DNA of 63,385 bases, filler included, from Octopus bimaculoides (lineage: Eukaryota): the NCBI RefSeq assembly GCF_001194135.2. It is 5 parts of 4 records of this genome, joined end to end, with 100 filler letters (N's around TTAATTAATTAA, not from the genome) between each part and the next. Parts side by side here need not be neighbours in the genome. Positions count along the whole stretch, not along the records: positions 1 to 10,895 come from NC_068987.1; positions 10,996 to 18,057 come from NC_068984.1; 3 more parts are not named here. One strand, 5' to 3'. A model generated the notes under the pieces. That model did no database searches. It saw nothing but the letters and a program-made list of their open reading frames with translations, and was not told the DNA's origin. Positions within the stretch are counted from its first letter, which is position 1; the number at the start of each line of letters is the position of its first letter. Positions 1 through 11,920 of the stretch are shown piece after piece. The position numbers were made by a program, and so were the translations under genes.

Positions 1-156
1 CATTTACCGTAATGTCTCATCATCTTCAACAAATCAATCTATACTTTCACTGAGAACGATTTGAGTCACAAACAATATTTAAAACAATGGCCTGACAGCA
101 CTACGTTCCTCATAGTATACACTTTTGAGAATCAACAAATGTGAGAGCTGTTAGGC

Positions 157-198
<42 letters not shown>

Positions 199-201
<3 letters not shown>

Positions 202-337
202 TCGCCCATATGACTTACAGGTACAATTCATATTTGCCAGCTGAATGGACTGCAAGTGTATAGTTTAACAACACACCGCTGGTTTTCGAATCTACGATCG
301 TGAGCCGAATACCCTAACCTCTAGGCCACGCGCCAGC
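199..337 (-). mobile_element. tRNA-derived SINE, family H (degenerate, short variant)
   Basis: Reverse strand begins GCTGGCGCGTGGCCTAGAGGTTAGGGTATTCGGCTCACGATCG (A-box-like TGGCCTAGAGG) and continues to CAGTCCATTCAGCTG; similar to the copy at 25035-25203. Confidence 0.65.
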
Positions 338-360
338 AGATACCAGCTGACTATTACAAT

Positions 361-600
361 GATATTCTTAAGGTCAACATTTATATACTGACAATCACTT
401 CTAGGCTTTGTCACTAACTCAGCTTTTTACCAAATTAGATTATGTTTACACTTTCGCCTTGGTCACATCCTACGCTACAGTTTGAGCCACGCAATATGAA
501 AATTGCATCGGTAGAAAAGACTTTGAGTTAAATATGTGAGATCAAAAATGGGAGAGTAACGCCTCTAATCGACTTTGATTCCCAATATTTATTTTTTAAA
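361..600. repeat. Unclassified ~240-bp interspersed repeat, copy 1 of 3
   Basis: Starts ATATTCTTAAGGTCAACATTTA; the same start and downstream blocks (TTTGTCACTAA, CTACGCTACA, AATCGACTT) recur at 901 and 1645. Confidence 0.75.
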
Positions 601-900
601 GAAATCTATATTTTATTGTAGTTACATCATAGATGTTGGCGAAAAGAAGCTATCCAAGTTACTTATCTGCAAAAAAAAAAGGAGATTAACACCTGAAATC
701 GACTTTGACTCCAAATATTATTCTTATTTGAAAAGAAAACTATATTTAAATTCAAATTTTCTATAGATCTCCACTAGAGGATAAGTGATAACTCCTAATA
801 TCAAATTCAAAAATTACTTTTTTTTTCTTTACCTCATATGATAGTGTGGTGGTGCTGATCTTTTCAAAATATATCATTTACACACTACAGTATGTGAATA

Positions 901-995
901 ATATTATTAAGGTCAACATTTACTCACTCACGACCACTTCTAGCCCTTCTTACTAATTCAGTTTTTTACCAGATTAAATGATGTTTAGATCTCGA
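901..995. repeat. Unclassified repeat, copy 2 (partial)
   Basis: ATATTATTAAGGTCAACATTTACTCACTCACGACCACTTCTAG... direct match to 361 and 1645. Confidence 0.7.
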
Positions 996-1298
996 CTACA
1001 GGAATCCCAGGATGCTAATTACATATGTAAAAAATTTTAAATAAAAAAAACTATTGGGGCCAAATTTGCCTAAAACATTGGTAACGCCCAAAATCAGATT
1101 CAAAGCCTAAACATTTTGTTTTCGTGTAATAATTTTATTTTTGTTTAGCACGTATGATAGAACTCATCAAAACGAGTGTCGTGGTGCTAATCATTAAAAA
1201 CAATTCAAAATGAAAAGAAGTTATTATATAAGCTAAATGTGCCAAAAGTACGTAAAACAATTTTCAAGTAATATTATTACTTATTACAGTACTAAGAA

Positions 1299-1478
1299 AA
1301 CGAGCTGGCAGAGTCGTTAACACGCAGTGTGTAAACTTCGCGGTATTTCGTTTGTCTCTACATTCTGAGTTCAAATTCCGCCAAGGTCGTCCTGGCGTTC
1401 TATCTTTTCGGTACTCGAAAAAAAAATGAATATCAGCTGAGCACTGAGGTCGATGTAATGAAATTTCCTCTCATCCGG
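1299..1478 (+). mobile_element. tRNA-derived SINE, family B (degenerate)
   Basis: GAGCTGGCAGAGTCGTTAACACG ... GAGTTCAAATTCCGCCAAGGTCG ... ACTGAGGTCGATGTAAT; aligns by eye with the better-preserved copy at 6873-7088. Confidence 0.8.
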
Positions 1479-1644
1479 ATTAGATAGCCTTCTGCGAAAA
1501 TTGGAAACCAATAATGCAATATGTTTGATTCAATTAAGTATTTAGTTATCTTGCAAAGATTTACTTCGTATTCATAGAATACACTTTGTTGTAATAAGTA
1601 TACATTGTAATAGACATCATTCACACACGGCAGTGTCGAAATAA

Positions 1645-1880
1645 ATATTCTTAAGGTCAACATTTACTCACTCGCGACCACTACCACGTTTTGTCACTAA
1701 TTTCGTTTTTATATTTTTTACCAACATTGATGATGTTTATATATTTTCTGATTGGCTACCTCCCACGCTACATGTTGAGCTAAAAAATTTGAAATTTGGT
1801 TCAGTAGAAAAACGTTCAGATTTCAAATCTGTGAGGTCAAAAAGAGAAAAATAACTCCTGAAATCGACTTCAGGGATATA
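1645..1880. repeat. Unclassified repeat, copy 3
   Basis: AATATTCTTAAGGTCAACATTTACTCACTCGCGACCAC ... CCCACGCTACATGTTGAGC ... CCTGAAATCGACTT. Confidence 0.75.
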
Positions 1881-2217
1881 AGCTCGACGCTGCATACACA
1901 CTTTCGTAATTACACACGTTAATTCAATGTAAGGAGTAGCAGAATTTAGATTTGTATTTCTTGGAGTAAATTGGCAAGGTTCTTGCTTCCACATAGTGTG
2001 ATTCGATTTTCAGATTATCAGGATTCAGTTTTTAATTTTCAGGCAAGTTGACGAAACAGAAGCTGAACTGCAGGCTTTATTTTAATTTGGCATGGATTTT
2101 AACTACCAAACTAACTTTGCCCTAAGAAGGGCAAATTCTGCTGTAGAAATCTTGTTCTATCCTTTTCCAGATGTAATAACCTAAAAAGATTAACATACCC
2201 ACATTTTGCATTGTAAT

Positions 2218-2250
<33 letters not shown>

Positions 2251-2254
2251 CACA

Positions 2255-2414
2255 TACGACGGATTCTTTGAGTTTCTGACTACCAAATCTACTCACTAGG
2301 CTTTGGTTGGCCCGAGGCTATAGTAGAAGACACCTGCCCAAAGTGAAACGCAGTGGAACTGAACAGGGAACCATGTGGTTGGGAAGTAAATCTGTTGCCA
2401 TACAGGCACGGCTG
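2255..2414 (-). mobile_element. tRNA/CORE-type SINE, family A head
   Basis: Reverse complement of the family A consensus seen at 31016-31181 (GGCCCGAGGCTATAGTAGAAGACAC..GGAACCATGTGGTTGGGAAG), abutting a (TA)/(CA) tract. Confidence 0.85.
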
Positions 2415-3274
2415 GTCATCTTTTAAAATATAGCTATGTAATTTTTATATATAATCAAGCATGGATATAAAGAATTTGAATATGATCCTGTAAGCGAAAT
2501 AAAGTGGGAAAAATGGAGATTATAAGAGATTTTCAAGGAAAGCATTGGGAATAACGAGTAGAAATATATAGAGGTAGGAAGTCTTGAGACATAAGAAGGA
2601 ATAAGTAATCACAGAAAAGGGAGAAAAACAGATTGCTAGGAAGAAGTTTAATAACAAAAGAAAGGGAGGGAATTACATTAATTGAAGTCTGCTTCTATTG
2701 TTAACAGAATAACCTTTTACGTATTCTACTCTATTGCTATTCGTAACTAGAGATCAGGTTGATTTTGTTGAGTGAAAATCGTATATATAGCAAGTTTCTA
2801 CCCAAAGGATATTTTGTCAAGAGAAACAATATAATCATATAATCTGGTGAGAGCAGAAATCTATATTTATAAAGAGGTTTCTCAAATGTACTAGATTTAG
2901 ATAGAATAATGGATTTTACTTACAAAGCACTGTGTTGGGTTAATTGATTTACTACATTTAGCTAAAAGCATCTTTATTTTAATTTTATATTCAGTCAATA
3001 TAGATTTTGAATTTATCTGTCAAACGTCATTAAATTATAGTGAAGAAATATGACCTGCATTTCCGTAGAAAAAAAAAGCTCCAAGCAATCACATGCACCA
3101 AATAAATAAGCAAGTGTGGTGCGTGATTGAATTAAACCTCGAATGTAAAGTTATTGTTATTCAAAGATATTGTATATTGACTCTGGGGAATATACAGGAG
3201 CGTTTCCAGGTGGTGCCATTTTAACCGATATTAGGTTCGCATCCTGACAGTAGCTATATATATATATATGTATG

Positions 3275-3307
<33 letters not shown>

Positions 3308-3547
3308 ATATATTAGACGCAAATTGAAAACAGAACACAAAGGATCTTCAGCCGCAAACATTTTCAGTCCCAAGATTACATCAGAAAGGAAAACGAAAGA
3401 GAAAAAGAAAAATCCACTTAGTATTATCTATTATAATAGGTTTATCCTTTAAACTGTTATATCTGCATAAATGTTCGTTGGATTTCAGAAATCTGCCCAT
3501 ACCGTATCACAATTCAGCATACAGTGAATGTTAAATAGATTGTATTG

Positions 3548-3587
<40 letters not shown>

Positions 3588-3964
3588 CAAATTTCCATCA
3601 CAAAATATCGAGCCACCAGGCTAAAAGATCGCACTAAGAGTGCCAAGCTATGAAATGAAGAGCAGGTCCAATTTCGTTGCAAAACGAACGTCTTAAGAAT
3701 TCATCCCTACCTGTATCTATTATTGTATGCCATATATATCAATCTATCGTTGTTGTATACTGGAATATGAAAAGTTAAAGGGACACAATAAACGTTCCAT
3801 TCATTTTCCTGTCGTAGAACTAATTATATGTGCAATGATGAAATTTCGCTAAAACTTATAACTGAAATAGCTTTAGCGCGTCCAATTCTTTCTTGGGTTT
3901 TCATATGCTCTTATTAACTTGGCTTCTTGTCAAAAGCACTATCTTTGACAGAAAATCTATTAAA

Positions 3965-4005
<41 letters not shown>

Positions 4006-4373
4006 AGTTTTTATATAATCTCTGGTGTAATTTTTGCATAATTTTCCAGCGAAACAAAATAAATGCATTTGTGCATTGCACAAGCTGCAATACGGAAACA
4101 TTTCAATGTGCTTGATACCGAAAAGAACAGGACCACAGTAAAGATTTTCTCTGAAAATGTTCTTCCTTCAAATTTTGTTTTTCCAGAACAACACCTTTTC
4201 CCCATGGTTGCCGAGCTTTATATTTAAGAATACGCTAGCTAAATCTGTATGGTTCTGACACAAACGAAACTACCTCTATTAAAACCAACATATCAAAAAC
4301 AATAAATACCATAGTTAACAATTATCGTTTCCAACACATTAGTCAGAGTGTCTTTTCATTTATCAGAAGTTTG

Positions 4374-4550
4374 AAGGCGGCGAGCTTGCAGAATATTTAG
4401 AACGTCCAAATAAATTGCTTGGCGCTATTTTATCCGGGTGTTTATGTTAAGCGTTCAAATATCACCGGAAGAGAAATGTTTCATCATTTCAGAATTGGCA
4501 AAAGAACTACCGGTTGAGCACTTGGGTCGATGCAATCGACTGGTCTGTTC
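4374..4550 (+). mobile_element. SINE family B, heavily degenerate
   Basis: AAGGCGGCGAGCTTGCAGAAT head and GCACTTGGGTCGATGCAATCGACT 3' block. Confidence 0.55.
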
Positions 4551-5919
4551 CTTCAATAATTTGGAGCTTTTGCCTATATAAGACAGTAATAATGAAGGGT
4601 ATCCAGGTGGCGAACAGACAAAATCGTTTGGGCGTTTAATTGAATACCTCCTGGTACTTTTTTTTTTAGCTGTTTATGCATTTCAATCCCGCCGAGATCA
4701 ACTCTATCTTTCATCATATCTGGATTGACTGGAGTTAATGTTACTGAATAATCTCCTACGATCAAAACTGCCAAACTTGCGCCTAATTTTAAAATCATTA
4801 ACCATCAGTAGGTTTTCGGTACAACCAGATACATGAGGAACTGGATATTTTAGGCAAATACTTTAACCCTTGCGAAATTCTACAAAAGAAATGTAGTTAC
4901 AATTGGAATCTGAAATCAGATGCAACATTTGACAAGGGCTGACATTTGTACATTCTGTATTAGCTACCGGCTTATGAACTACATCTCTCATGATGAAACT
5001 TGTCCATGCTGTCGAGCACTGAGATCGAACTATAAACAACATAGTTGTGATATGTTACAAACACGACTGCTTACATACGACTTCCGTATAAAGAGAGTCA
5101 AAAACATGTGAATATATTATTGAAATCATGAAAGATTAAAACAGTACGTGGTCAAAATTTCGCCAATGTAGATCTTTAATATGATATCTACAGGACCATT
5201 ATGCAAATTAAAATTCTGTAATATTCAAATTTAATCGAATATATATAGCTAGATACGAACATAGAATTTGATTTGAGGTAGAGAAATCGATAATCAGATT
5301 ATCAGACGTGATTTGGAACACGCACATAATTTTATAACCAAACGATGATGAATTAAACATTTTGGAGAGAATAGCAAATTCTTGGTTTCAAATTTTGATA
5401 CAATGCCAACAATTTAGGGGGAGGGGTAAATCGACTACAACGACTCCAGTGTTTAATTGGTACTAACTTGGAACCTGAAACCATTTGCTTGCGAAGTAAA
5501 CTTCCTAACCCTTCAGCAATATAGTGCCGATATATGTACCTTGATAAACACACGCACACCCAAACGCACGCACAAACGCACACACACGCACACACACACA
5601 CACAAATGTGTGTGTACATATTCTTCTTCCACACACACACATATATATATAAAAGAATATAATAGGATTTCAGCAATACACTTTTGAAGTCTGATTAGAA
5701 GAAGAGAAAGCTGAAGGGGAAAAAGAAGAATCTTCTTATTGATGAGTGTGTGTGTGTGTGTATCTTTTAATCTGTTTAGATGTCACTACACATACATACG
5801 TATATTTGGAAGTCACTTACATGATATGTACCCTCAACATAATTGCCAGACAATCAGTGTCACAGTGTGGGACAGGTTGCGCCTTTGGAATTGCAAGTAC
5901 TACCCACCCAAAGGACTTC

Positions 5920-6066
5920 GATAGAGATTTTTGTCTTTCCAAATTCACTCACAATTTATGGGAGGGCCCGATGCTACAGACATGATATCTGTATAATATA
6001 CCATGAAGTTGGACTGAACCTGAAACCATGAGTTTGCGAAGTGAACTTCTTAAACATTCAAACATA
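5920..6066 (-). mobile_element. SINE family A, degenerate
   Basis: CCAAATTCACTCACAA ... TGGACTGAACCTGAAACCATG ... AAGTGAACTTCTTA matches the family A reverse strand. Confidence 0.55.
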
Positions 6067-6269
6067 AACCGTCTACATAAAGTACATTGACATACACACA
6101 CGAGCGCATACACCCGCACACTCACACACACACACACATGCACACACACGCACATTTGTGTGTGTGTGCATGCAGAGATATCATTTCTAATTTTGGCAGA
6201 AGACAAGCGGTTTGTGGGCTGGACAAATCCATTACAGCGACCTCTGTACTTGAGTGCAACTTCATTTTC

Positions 6270-6415
6270 ACAACACCGAATGAGCTGCACTCCGTCGGTT
6301 ACGATAACGAGGGTTCCAGTCGATTCAATCAACAGAACAGCCTACTCTTGTAATTATCATGCAAGTGGCTGAGCACTCTACAGTCACGTGAAACCATAAC
6401 GTAGTTCTCAGGGAT
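6270..6415 (-). mobile_element. SINE family G, 3' fragment
   Basis: GCACTCCGTCGGTTACGATAACGAGGGTTCCAGT ... GCAAGTGGCTGAGCACTC ... CGTAGTTCTCAGGGAT is the reverse complement of the family G 3' end (35680-36071). Confidence 0.85.
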
Positions 6416-6424
6416 TGAGAATGT

Positions 6425-6848
6425 TACAGAGAATGGCATCTCATACCTGTGAAGATGGTGAGAGTTTGTACACATCTCTTCCCAGGCACATTGAAGCAAT
6501 TATTCAAGCAAAGGGAAGCCACATGAAATATTAACAATGTACAGTAACTTCTTGAAATGAACATTATGTAATAAATTTTCATTGTAGACATATTTCTGTT
6601 TTAAAACATTGTATCTTCATTGGTTTATGTGAGGTGACCAAAAACATTTGCGCGGTCATTTTTTGGTGGTCGTTTCGCATCTTCCACTTTCATTCAGAAC
6701 CCCTAATATGATTATTAGGTATGTAAATGAGTTCCACAGGTCTAATGTTTCATCTGTAAACGCAACACGAAACATTCACTTATAAGTTGGCAGTTAGTAG
6801 AAATTTACAATAGTTTAAATTGGCCGAAGAATTTTGCATAGTACTGTA
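6425..6848 (+). mobile_element. Tc1-family transposon remnant (transposase C-terminus plus terminal inverted repeat)
   Basis: 6466-6534 translates LYTSLPRHIEAIIQAKGSHMKY*, the typical Tc1 C-terminus (S.PRR..AVI.AKG..TKY). The region ends TTTTGCATAGTACTGTA, the reverse complement of a TA-CAGTACTRTGCAAAA Tc1-type TIR. Confidence 0.7.
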
Positions 6849-6872
6849 AATGCACTAATATATACATGCGTT

Positions 6873-7088
6873 AAGGCGGCAAGTTGGCAAAAACGTTAGC
6901 ACGCTGGGCGAAATGCAAAGCGGTATTTCGTCTCTCTTTATGTTCTGAGTTCAAATTCCGCCGAGGTCGACTTTGCCTTTCATCCCTTCGGGGTCGATAA
7001 ATTAAGTACCAGCTGCGTACTGCTGTCGATCTAATCGACTGCCTCCCTCCCAAAACACTCGGGCCTTGTGCATAGAGTAGAAAAGAAT
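6873..7088 (+). mobile_element. tRNA-derived SINE, family B (well preserved)
   Basis: AAGGCGGCAAGTTGGCAAAAACGTTAGCACG head, B-box-like GAGTTCAAATTCC, central GCCTTTCATCCCTTCGGGGTCGATAAATTAAGTACCAG domain resembling the conserved Meta/MESC-type SINE domain (from memory). Confidence 0.9.
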
Positions 7089-7481
7089 ATATGCATGCGT
7101 AGAATATTATAATAGTTGGCGATAGTAAGCACTAAGCAAACACAAAAGTACTTCTTTTGGAATCGTTGCTCGTCAGAAGGAAAATACAATAGGATATAAA
7201 TACNNNNNNNNNNNNNNNNNNNNNNNNNNNNNNNNNNNNNNNNNNNNNNNNNNNNNNNNNNNNNNNNNNNNNNNNNNNNNNNNNNNNNNNNNNNNNNNNN
7301 NNNNNNNNNNNNNNNNNNNNNNNNNNNNNNNNNNNNNNNNNNNNNNNNNNNNNNNNNNNNNNNNNNNNNNNNNNNNNNNNNNNNNNNNNNNNNNNNNNNN
7401 NNNNNNNNNNNNNNNNNNNNNNNNNNNNNNNNNNNNNNNTGAATATATATGTATATATATATATATATATAAATATATATA

Positions 7482-7616
7482 CAGTGGGCTTCTTTCGGTT
7501 TCCGTCTAACAAATCCACTGAGTCTATAGCAGAAGGTGCCACGTAGTGGGATTGAAACCGACAGCCACGTGGTTCGGGGGCAAGCTTCTTATCACACAGG
7601 CACATCTGCGCCTATA
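7482..7616 (-). mobile_element. SINE family A head, internally deleted
   Basis: GGGCTTCTTTCGGTTTCCGTCTAACAAATCCACT ... GGTGCCACGTAGTGGGATTGAAACC ... CTGCGCCTATA; adjoins (TA)n and an N gap. Confidence 0.85.
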
Positions 7617-8699
7617 CAGTGAAAGATTAGTAGGAAAGAAGCTTTTTGAAAGAGAGCGATGAAAAGTGACAAAATCGAAGCCCGCAGATAAAAAAAATAT
7701 AAATACAAAAAGAAAGAGAACAGCTCTTATCATAGAAATCCTTGTATATGAAATTTAAAGATGTAATCTAAATATTATTGATTGAAAACAGCTTTTATAA
7801 ATTATAGAATGTAAACAAGTATAAGTAGACTTACTCTTCAGACAGACTCGTAAACGCATTGCTATTACTTGAAATTTCAAACGTGGATAAAAATTTGATA
7901 CTATTGGGCATATTCTAGCTGTACATTACGCCTGAATGTGTAGCAATTTAATCACAAATCTTACAGTTGTAACAACCTGTTTTCTGCTCAGACAGTGTAT
8001 TAAGACTGCATTATCAAATTTTACGTTCTCATGCCTTTTTAAAAGTCACACAGTATTATTGATTTGTGGGCGATTTGTGGGCGATTTTAAGTCAGGTGGC
8101 CACGCAGATGATCATTTCTTGATTCAAAACAAAAGCCACGGATTAATTGCTTGGAGGTGGTAGGTTGGGGCTTAGTTATTGATCCCAGGCACAATGTCGA
8201 CAAGGGGCGATTACATTATGTAACGGATTAGGCACTTATGTGTGTGCGTGCGTGTATATATNNNNNNNNNNNNNNNNNNNNNNNNNNNNNNNNNNNNNNN
8301 NNNNNNNNNNNNNNNNNNNNNNNNNNNNNNNNNNNNNNNNNNNNNNNNNNNNNNNNNNNNNNNNNNNNNNNNNNNNNNNNNNNNNNNNNNNNNNNNNNNN
8401 NNNNNNNNNNNNNNNNNNNNNNNNNNNNNNNNNNNNNNNNNNNNNNNNNNNNNNNNNNNNNNNNNNNNNNNNNNNNNNNNNNNNNNNNNNNNNNNNNNNN
8501 NNNNNNNNNNNNNNNNNNNNNNNNNNNNNNNNNNNNNNNNNNNNNNNNNNNNNNNNNNNNNNNNNNNNNNNNNNNNNNNNNNNNNNNNNNNNNNNNNNNN
8601 NNNNNNNNNNNNNNNNNNNNNNNNNNNNNNNNNNNNNNNNNNNNNNNNNNNNNNNNNNNNNNNNNNNNNNNNNNNNNNNNNNNNNNNNNNNNNNNNNNN

Positions 8700-8754
<55 letters not shown>

Positions 8755-9113
8755 CACACACGTATGTGTATTATTGAATATTATTATGTGTGAGTGTGCA
8801 TATAGTGAAAATCGAAAGTCGTGTGGTACGCTGCATTACTGCATTGTATATATATATTTGTGTGTGCGTGTGTGTGTGCATGTGTGTGTACGTGCGTGTG
8901 TNNNNNNNNNNGTGTGCGTGTGTGTGTGCATGTGTGTGTACGTGCGTGTGTGGGCGTGTGCGTGTATATGTATATCCAAGTGGGCTAATTTAGAATACAT
9001 AACATCATGTATGGAAATATTAATAAATTTTGGGTATATTTTATTCACACACACACACAAACACACACACACACGCACACACACACGCACACACACACAT
9101 ACANNNNNNNNNN

Positions 9114-9167
<54 letters not shown>

Positions 9168-9709
9168 CACTCCCACTATACGCATATCTAAGGAATTCAA
9201 AGACATGTTGGGAAGCAACAATGTAACCCATCATGATTAAATATAGCTGTTATGCTCGATGTAAGTATAGAAGCAATGGTTTAATTTTCCTATGTATAAC
9301 ATATTGAAACTAATATATGCAATATATTATATAATATTAGTGGACTTGCAGCTATGGTTGTGTGGGATTGGGGACTGGAAATTTCTCTTATAATATACTG
9401 GGAATCTGCAGGGTTAGTCATGCACAGATATGGATATGTACGTATGTATATATGGGTAGGGTCTAGTAAGTTTCTCAGTGACGTATTGCAAAGATTCTTA
9501 TCTCTTGATGTAGTCGAGAGCTGGTGCAAAAGAATATATCTAGTTGCCTATAGAGAGTAGAAGAGTGACATCGAGAATCTCTTCGGTTTCTCTATCTCTT
9601 CGAATTAATAATACGAGTTGAGTAAGATGCATATTTCAACACACACACACACACATACGCGCAAGCAAACACATACGCATGCACACACACGCACACACAC
9701 ATACACATA

Positions 9710-10790
9710 TCAGGTTGGTGCAAAAGAAATGTCCGAGTTAAAGATCTAAGGTAAAAATGAATAAGCCAATGACTATAGAAATATTTATTCATTTACATAC
9801 TCTCCGTTGCTTTCAGTTACCTCATTCCATCTTTCAACGACCTTATAAATGTTTCGCTCGAAAAATTCTGTACGTATCGAGCCAAAATATGAATCCAATT
9901 CATTTTCAATCTCTTCTCTTGTTATTAACCTAAGTCAATCAAGATGGTTATGTAGTCATCGGAACAAATGGTAATCAGAAGGAGCAAGGTCAGGAGAATA
10001 TGAAGGATGAGGCAGTATTTCCTAACCAAGTTCTTCCAAGAGAATTAGCGTCAGTCGAGCTGTGTGAGGACGAACATTATCGTGATGGAAGGTGACATCC
10101 TTTCTGTTAACCAAGGATGCTCTCTTTTGGCTCAGAACTATTTTCAAACGACAAAGTTACTCACAGTAAAGATTAGCATTCATTGTTTGGTTGCTGTCCA
10201 ACAGTTCATAATGGATTACTCGTTTAATATCCCGCCATATTCTCAACAGGATCTTCTTTCGATGAAGTCCTGCTCTCTTTTGTTGAACTGGCCGCCCTGT
10301 TCGACTGATCCAAGAACGGCGGTGTTTAACATTATGGTAAAGAATCCGATTCTCATCACCTGTAACAAGCCTGTCTAAAAATGTTGCTTGAAAGTGTCGC
10401 GAAAGCAATGATTGTCCACAAGCAGCATTCCGTTGTCGATTCCCTGGAGAGAGCTCGCGAGGGACCCATTTTCCAGGCACTGAAACCTTTCCAATGTGTT
10501 TTAGCTGGCGTACCACGCTTGTATGAGCCACGTTTAACTGTTCTGCAAGTTCCCTAGTGGTAACAGTTGGTTTCTCTGAAACAAGAGCTTCCAACATTTC
10601 GGTATCAAGTTTTTTTGGACGACCCTCTTTTGGCTCTTGTTTCAAAGTGAAATCACCACTTCGGAAACGGGCAAACCACCACCTGCAACTTCTTTCATTA
10701 ACTACATCATCCCCATAAGTGCCGCACTTACATTAACACCTTTATGAAACTCGTAGAGTAAAACATTTCTTATGTAATCTTTATATGGGA
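9710..10790 (-). mobile_element. Mariner transposon, Hsmar1/cecropia-like, degenerate transposase
   Basis: ORF 10157-10645(-) contains GRPKKLD..L.A.V...P..TTRELAEQLNV.HT.VVR.LK.IGKV...GKWVPREL, FLDRLVTGDE, GLHRKK and GVIHYE-like motifs. The left end reads TA-TCAGGTTGGTGCAAAAG, close to the Hsmar1 TIR TTAGGTTGGTGCAAAAGT. The right TIR is poorly preserved. Confidence 0.92.
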
Positions 10791-10995
10791 CAAACAAGGA
10801 TGTAAAATTTTCTGAGAAGTTAGATAATCTGAAAGAAAATAATACAAATTAGACACTGAGATATCTTAAAACTATAAGAAAAGGTTAAAATTCATNNNNN
10901 NNNNNNNNNNNNNNNNNNNNNNNNNNNNNNNNNNNNNNNTTAATTAATTAANNNNNNNNNNNNNNNNNNNNNNNNNNNNNNNNNNNNNNNNNNNN

Positions 10996-11076
10996 CTTCT
11001 AAGTTGTTGTCTCTTGAGGTCTCTGGGTGAGACTTCGATCCAACTTGTACAAATGCAAAGCAAAAGTCAAACATAA

Positions 11077-11147
<71 letters not shown>
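10996..11147 (+). mobile_element. 3' end of a non-LTR retroelement (probably R4/Dong-like) with (AAT)n tail
   Basis: GAGGTCTCTGGGTGAGACTT...AAAAGTCAAACATAAA followed directly by about 23 AAT units (11078-11147). Confidence 0.5.
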
Positions 11148-11149
<2 letters not shown>

Positions 11150-11290
11150 TCGAAAACTACCTTAGGAATGAGAACCCGGGTTCGAAATTTCCCCAAGACA
11201 CCTGATAAAGGCTGGAGGGTATATCAACCGAAACGTTGTGTTAACAACAAACAAGATGAGGACAAATATCCGTCAAATGTAAATAACGTA
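11148..11290 (+). mobile_element. Short non-coding element with hammerhead-like core
   Basis: CCTGATAAAGGCTG-GAGGGTATAT-CAACCGAAACG ... CCGTC (11201-11274). Confidence 0.45.
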
Positions 11291-11339
11291 TGCTTTTGAA
11301 AGCTTTTGCAGTTAAACAAGATAAATCCCCCCTTAAAAA

Positions 11340-11920
11340 AAAATGATTGAGAGTGTGAAGGAGTGTTTCAAAGGGATGTAGAATAGAATTTGTAACAGGA
11401 GCGTGGGATATGGTTGGAATAATGGATTAGTATGAATGGCAACACAACAACATATTTCTTTATTGAAGCATTTTCTTAGTAGATTACGACGGTTTCTATT
11501 ATTGTAGTTGCAGTTATTTGCGTTATTTTCAGATTTTTGCTTCCTTTTTTTACATGGTTAGAATTTGCTAGTATTTGTGAGAAGTTGGTGGTGGTAGAAT
11601 AGAAGACCTTTATGATGTTTCTATTTAGTATTTTGTGATATTTGTATTTAGATGAAAAATGATTTTATAACAGGTGGAAGAAAGTTTTTGATACAGAGAT
11701 TTTTATTTGCTGGTTGTTGGTTGTTGGTTGTTTGTGTATCTACTATTCGAAGCTTCATTGCAGTGGTGTACATGTTCTTCAAAGATTATTCTGTTAGACG
11801 ACTGTCAGGGAATTCTGTAGACAAAGTAATTAATGGTTTTCTTCTGTTGATTGACAAATTTGTAAATGTATTAAATCTTACCATGGATTTTCTATAATTG
11901 TTTGATCTGTGGATAATGCC
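11340..11920 (-). mobile_element. Penelope-like element remnant (RT thumb, linker, start of GIY-YIG region)
   Basis: Reverse translation gives I..FVYRIP*QSSNRIIFEE....NEAS.SRY, KYHKILNRNIIKVFYS..NF.QIL.NSN and CNYNNRN..LLRKCF. These match the PLE motifs RIS..SS..IF....Y..AL..SGY, HK.HKIFNRNT.KVSYS..NM..II..HN and CNC....CPL.GKC. Confidence 0.75.

Noticed and set aside
4920-5111. 63-aa ORF with CxxC...CPCCR, superficially RING-like
   Set aside because: Spacing and the His ligand do not fit a RING domain, there are no convincing splice boundaries, and it is short enough to be chance.
8865-8955. Direct duplication of GTGTGTGTGCATGTGTGTGTACGTGCGTGTG across a 10-N gap
   Set aside because: Typical overlap of contig ends at a minimal gap; an assembly artefact.
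8211-9240. Long ORFs of YI, CV and HT repeats and X runs (also near 14000, 17000, 28000, 50000 and 52000)
   Set aside because: Translations of (TA)n, (TG)n and (CA)n microsatellites and N gaps.
10896-10995. TTAATTAATTAA flanked by N runs, recurring at 10940, 18102, 41965 and 44543
   Set aside because: Each is exactly 44 N + 12 bp + 44 N = 100 bp, and the 12-mer places stops in all frames. It is an assembly gap spacer, not biology.
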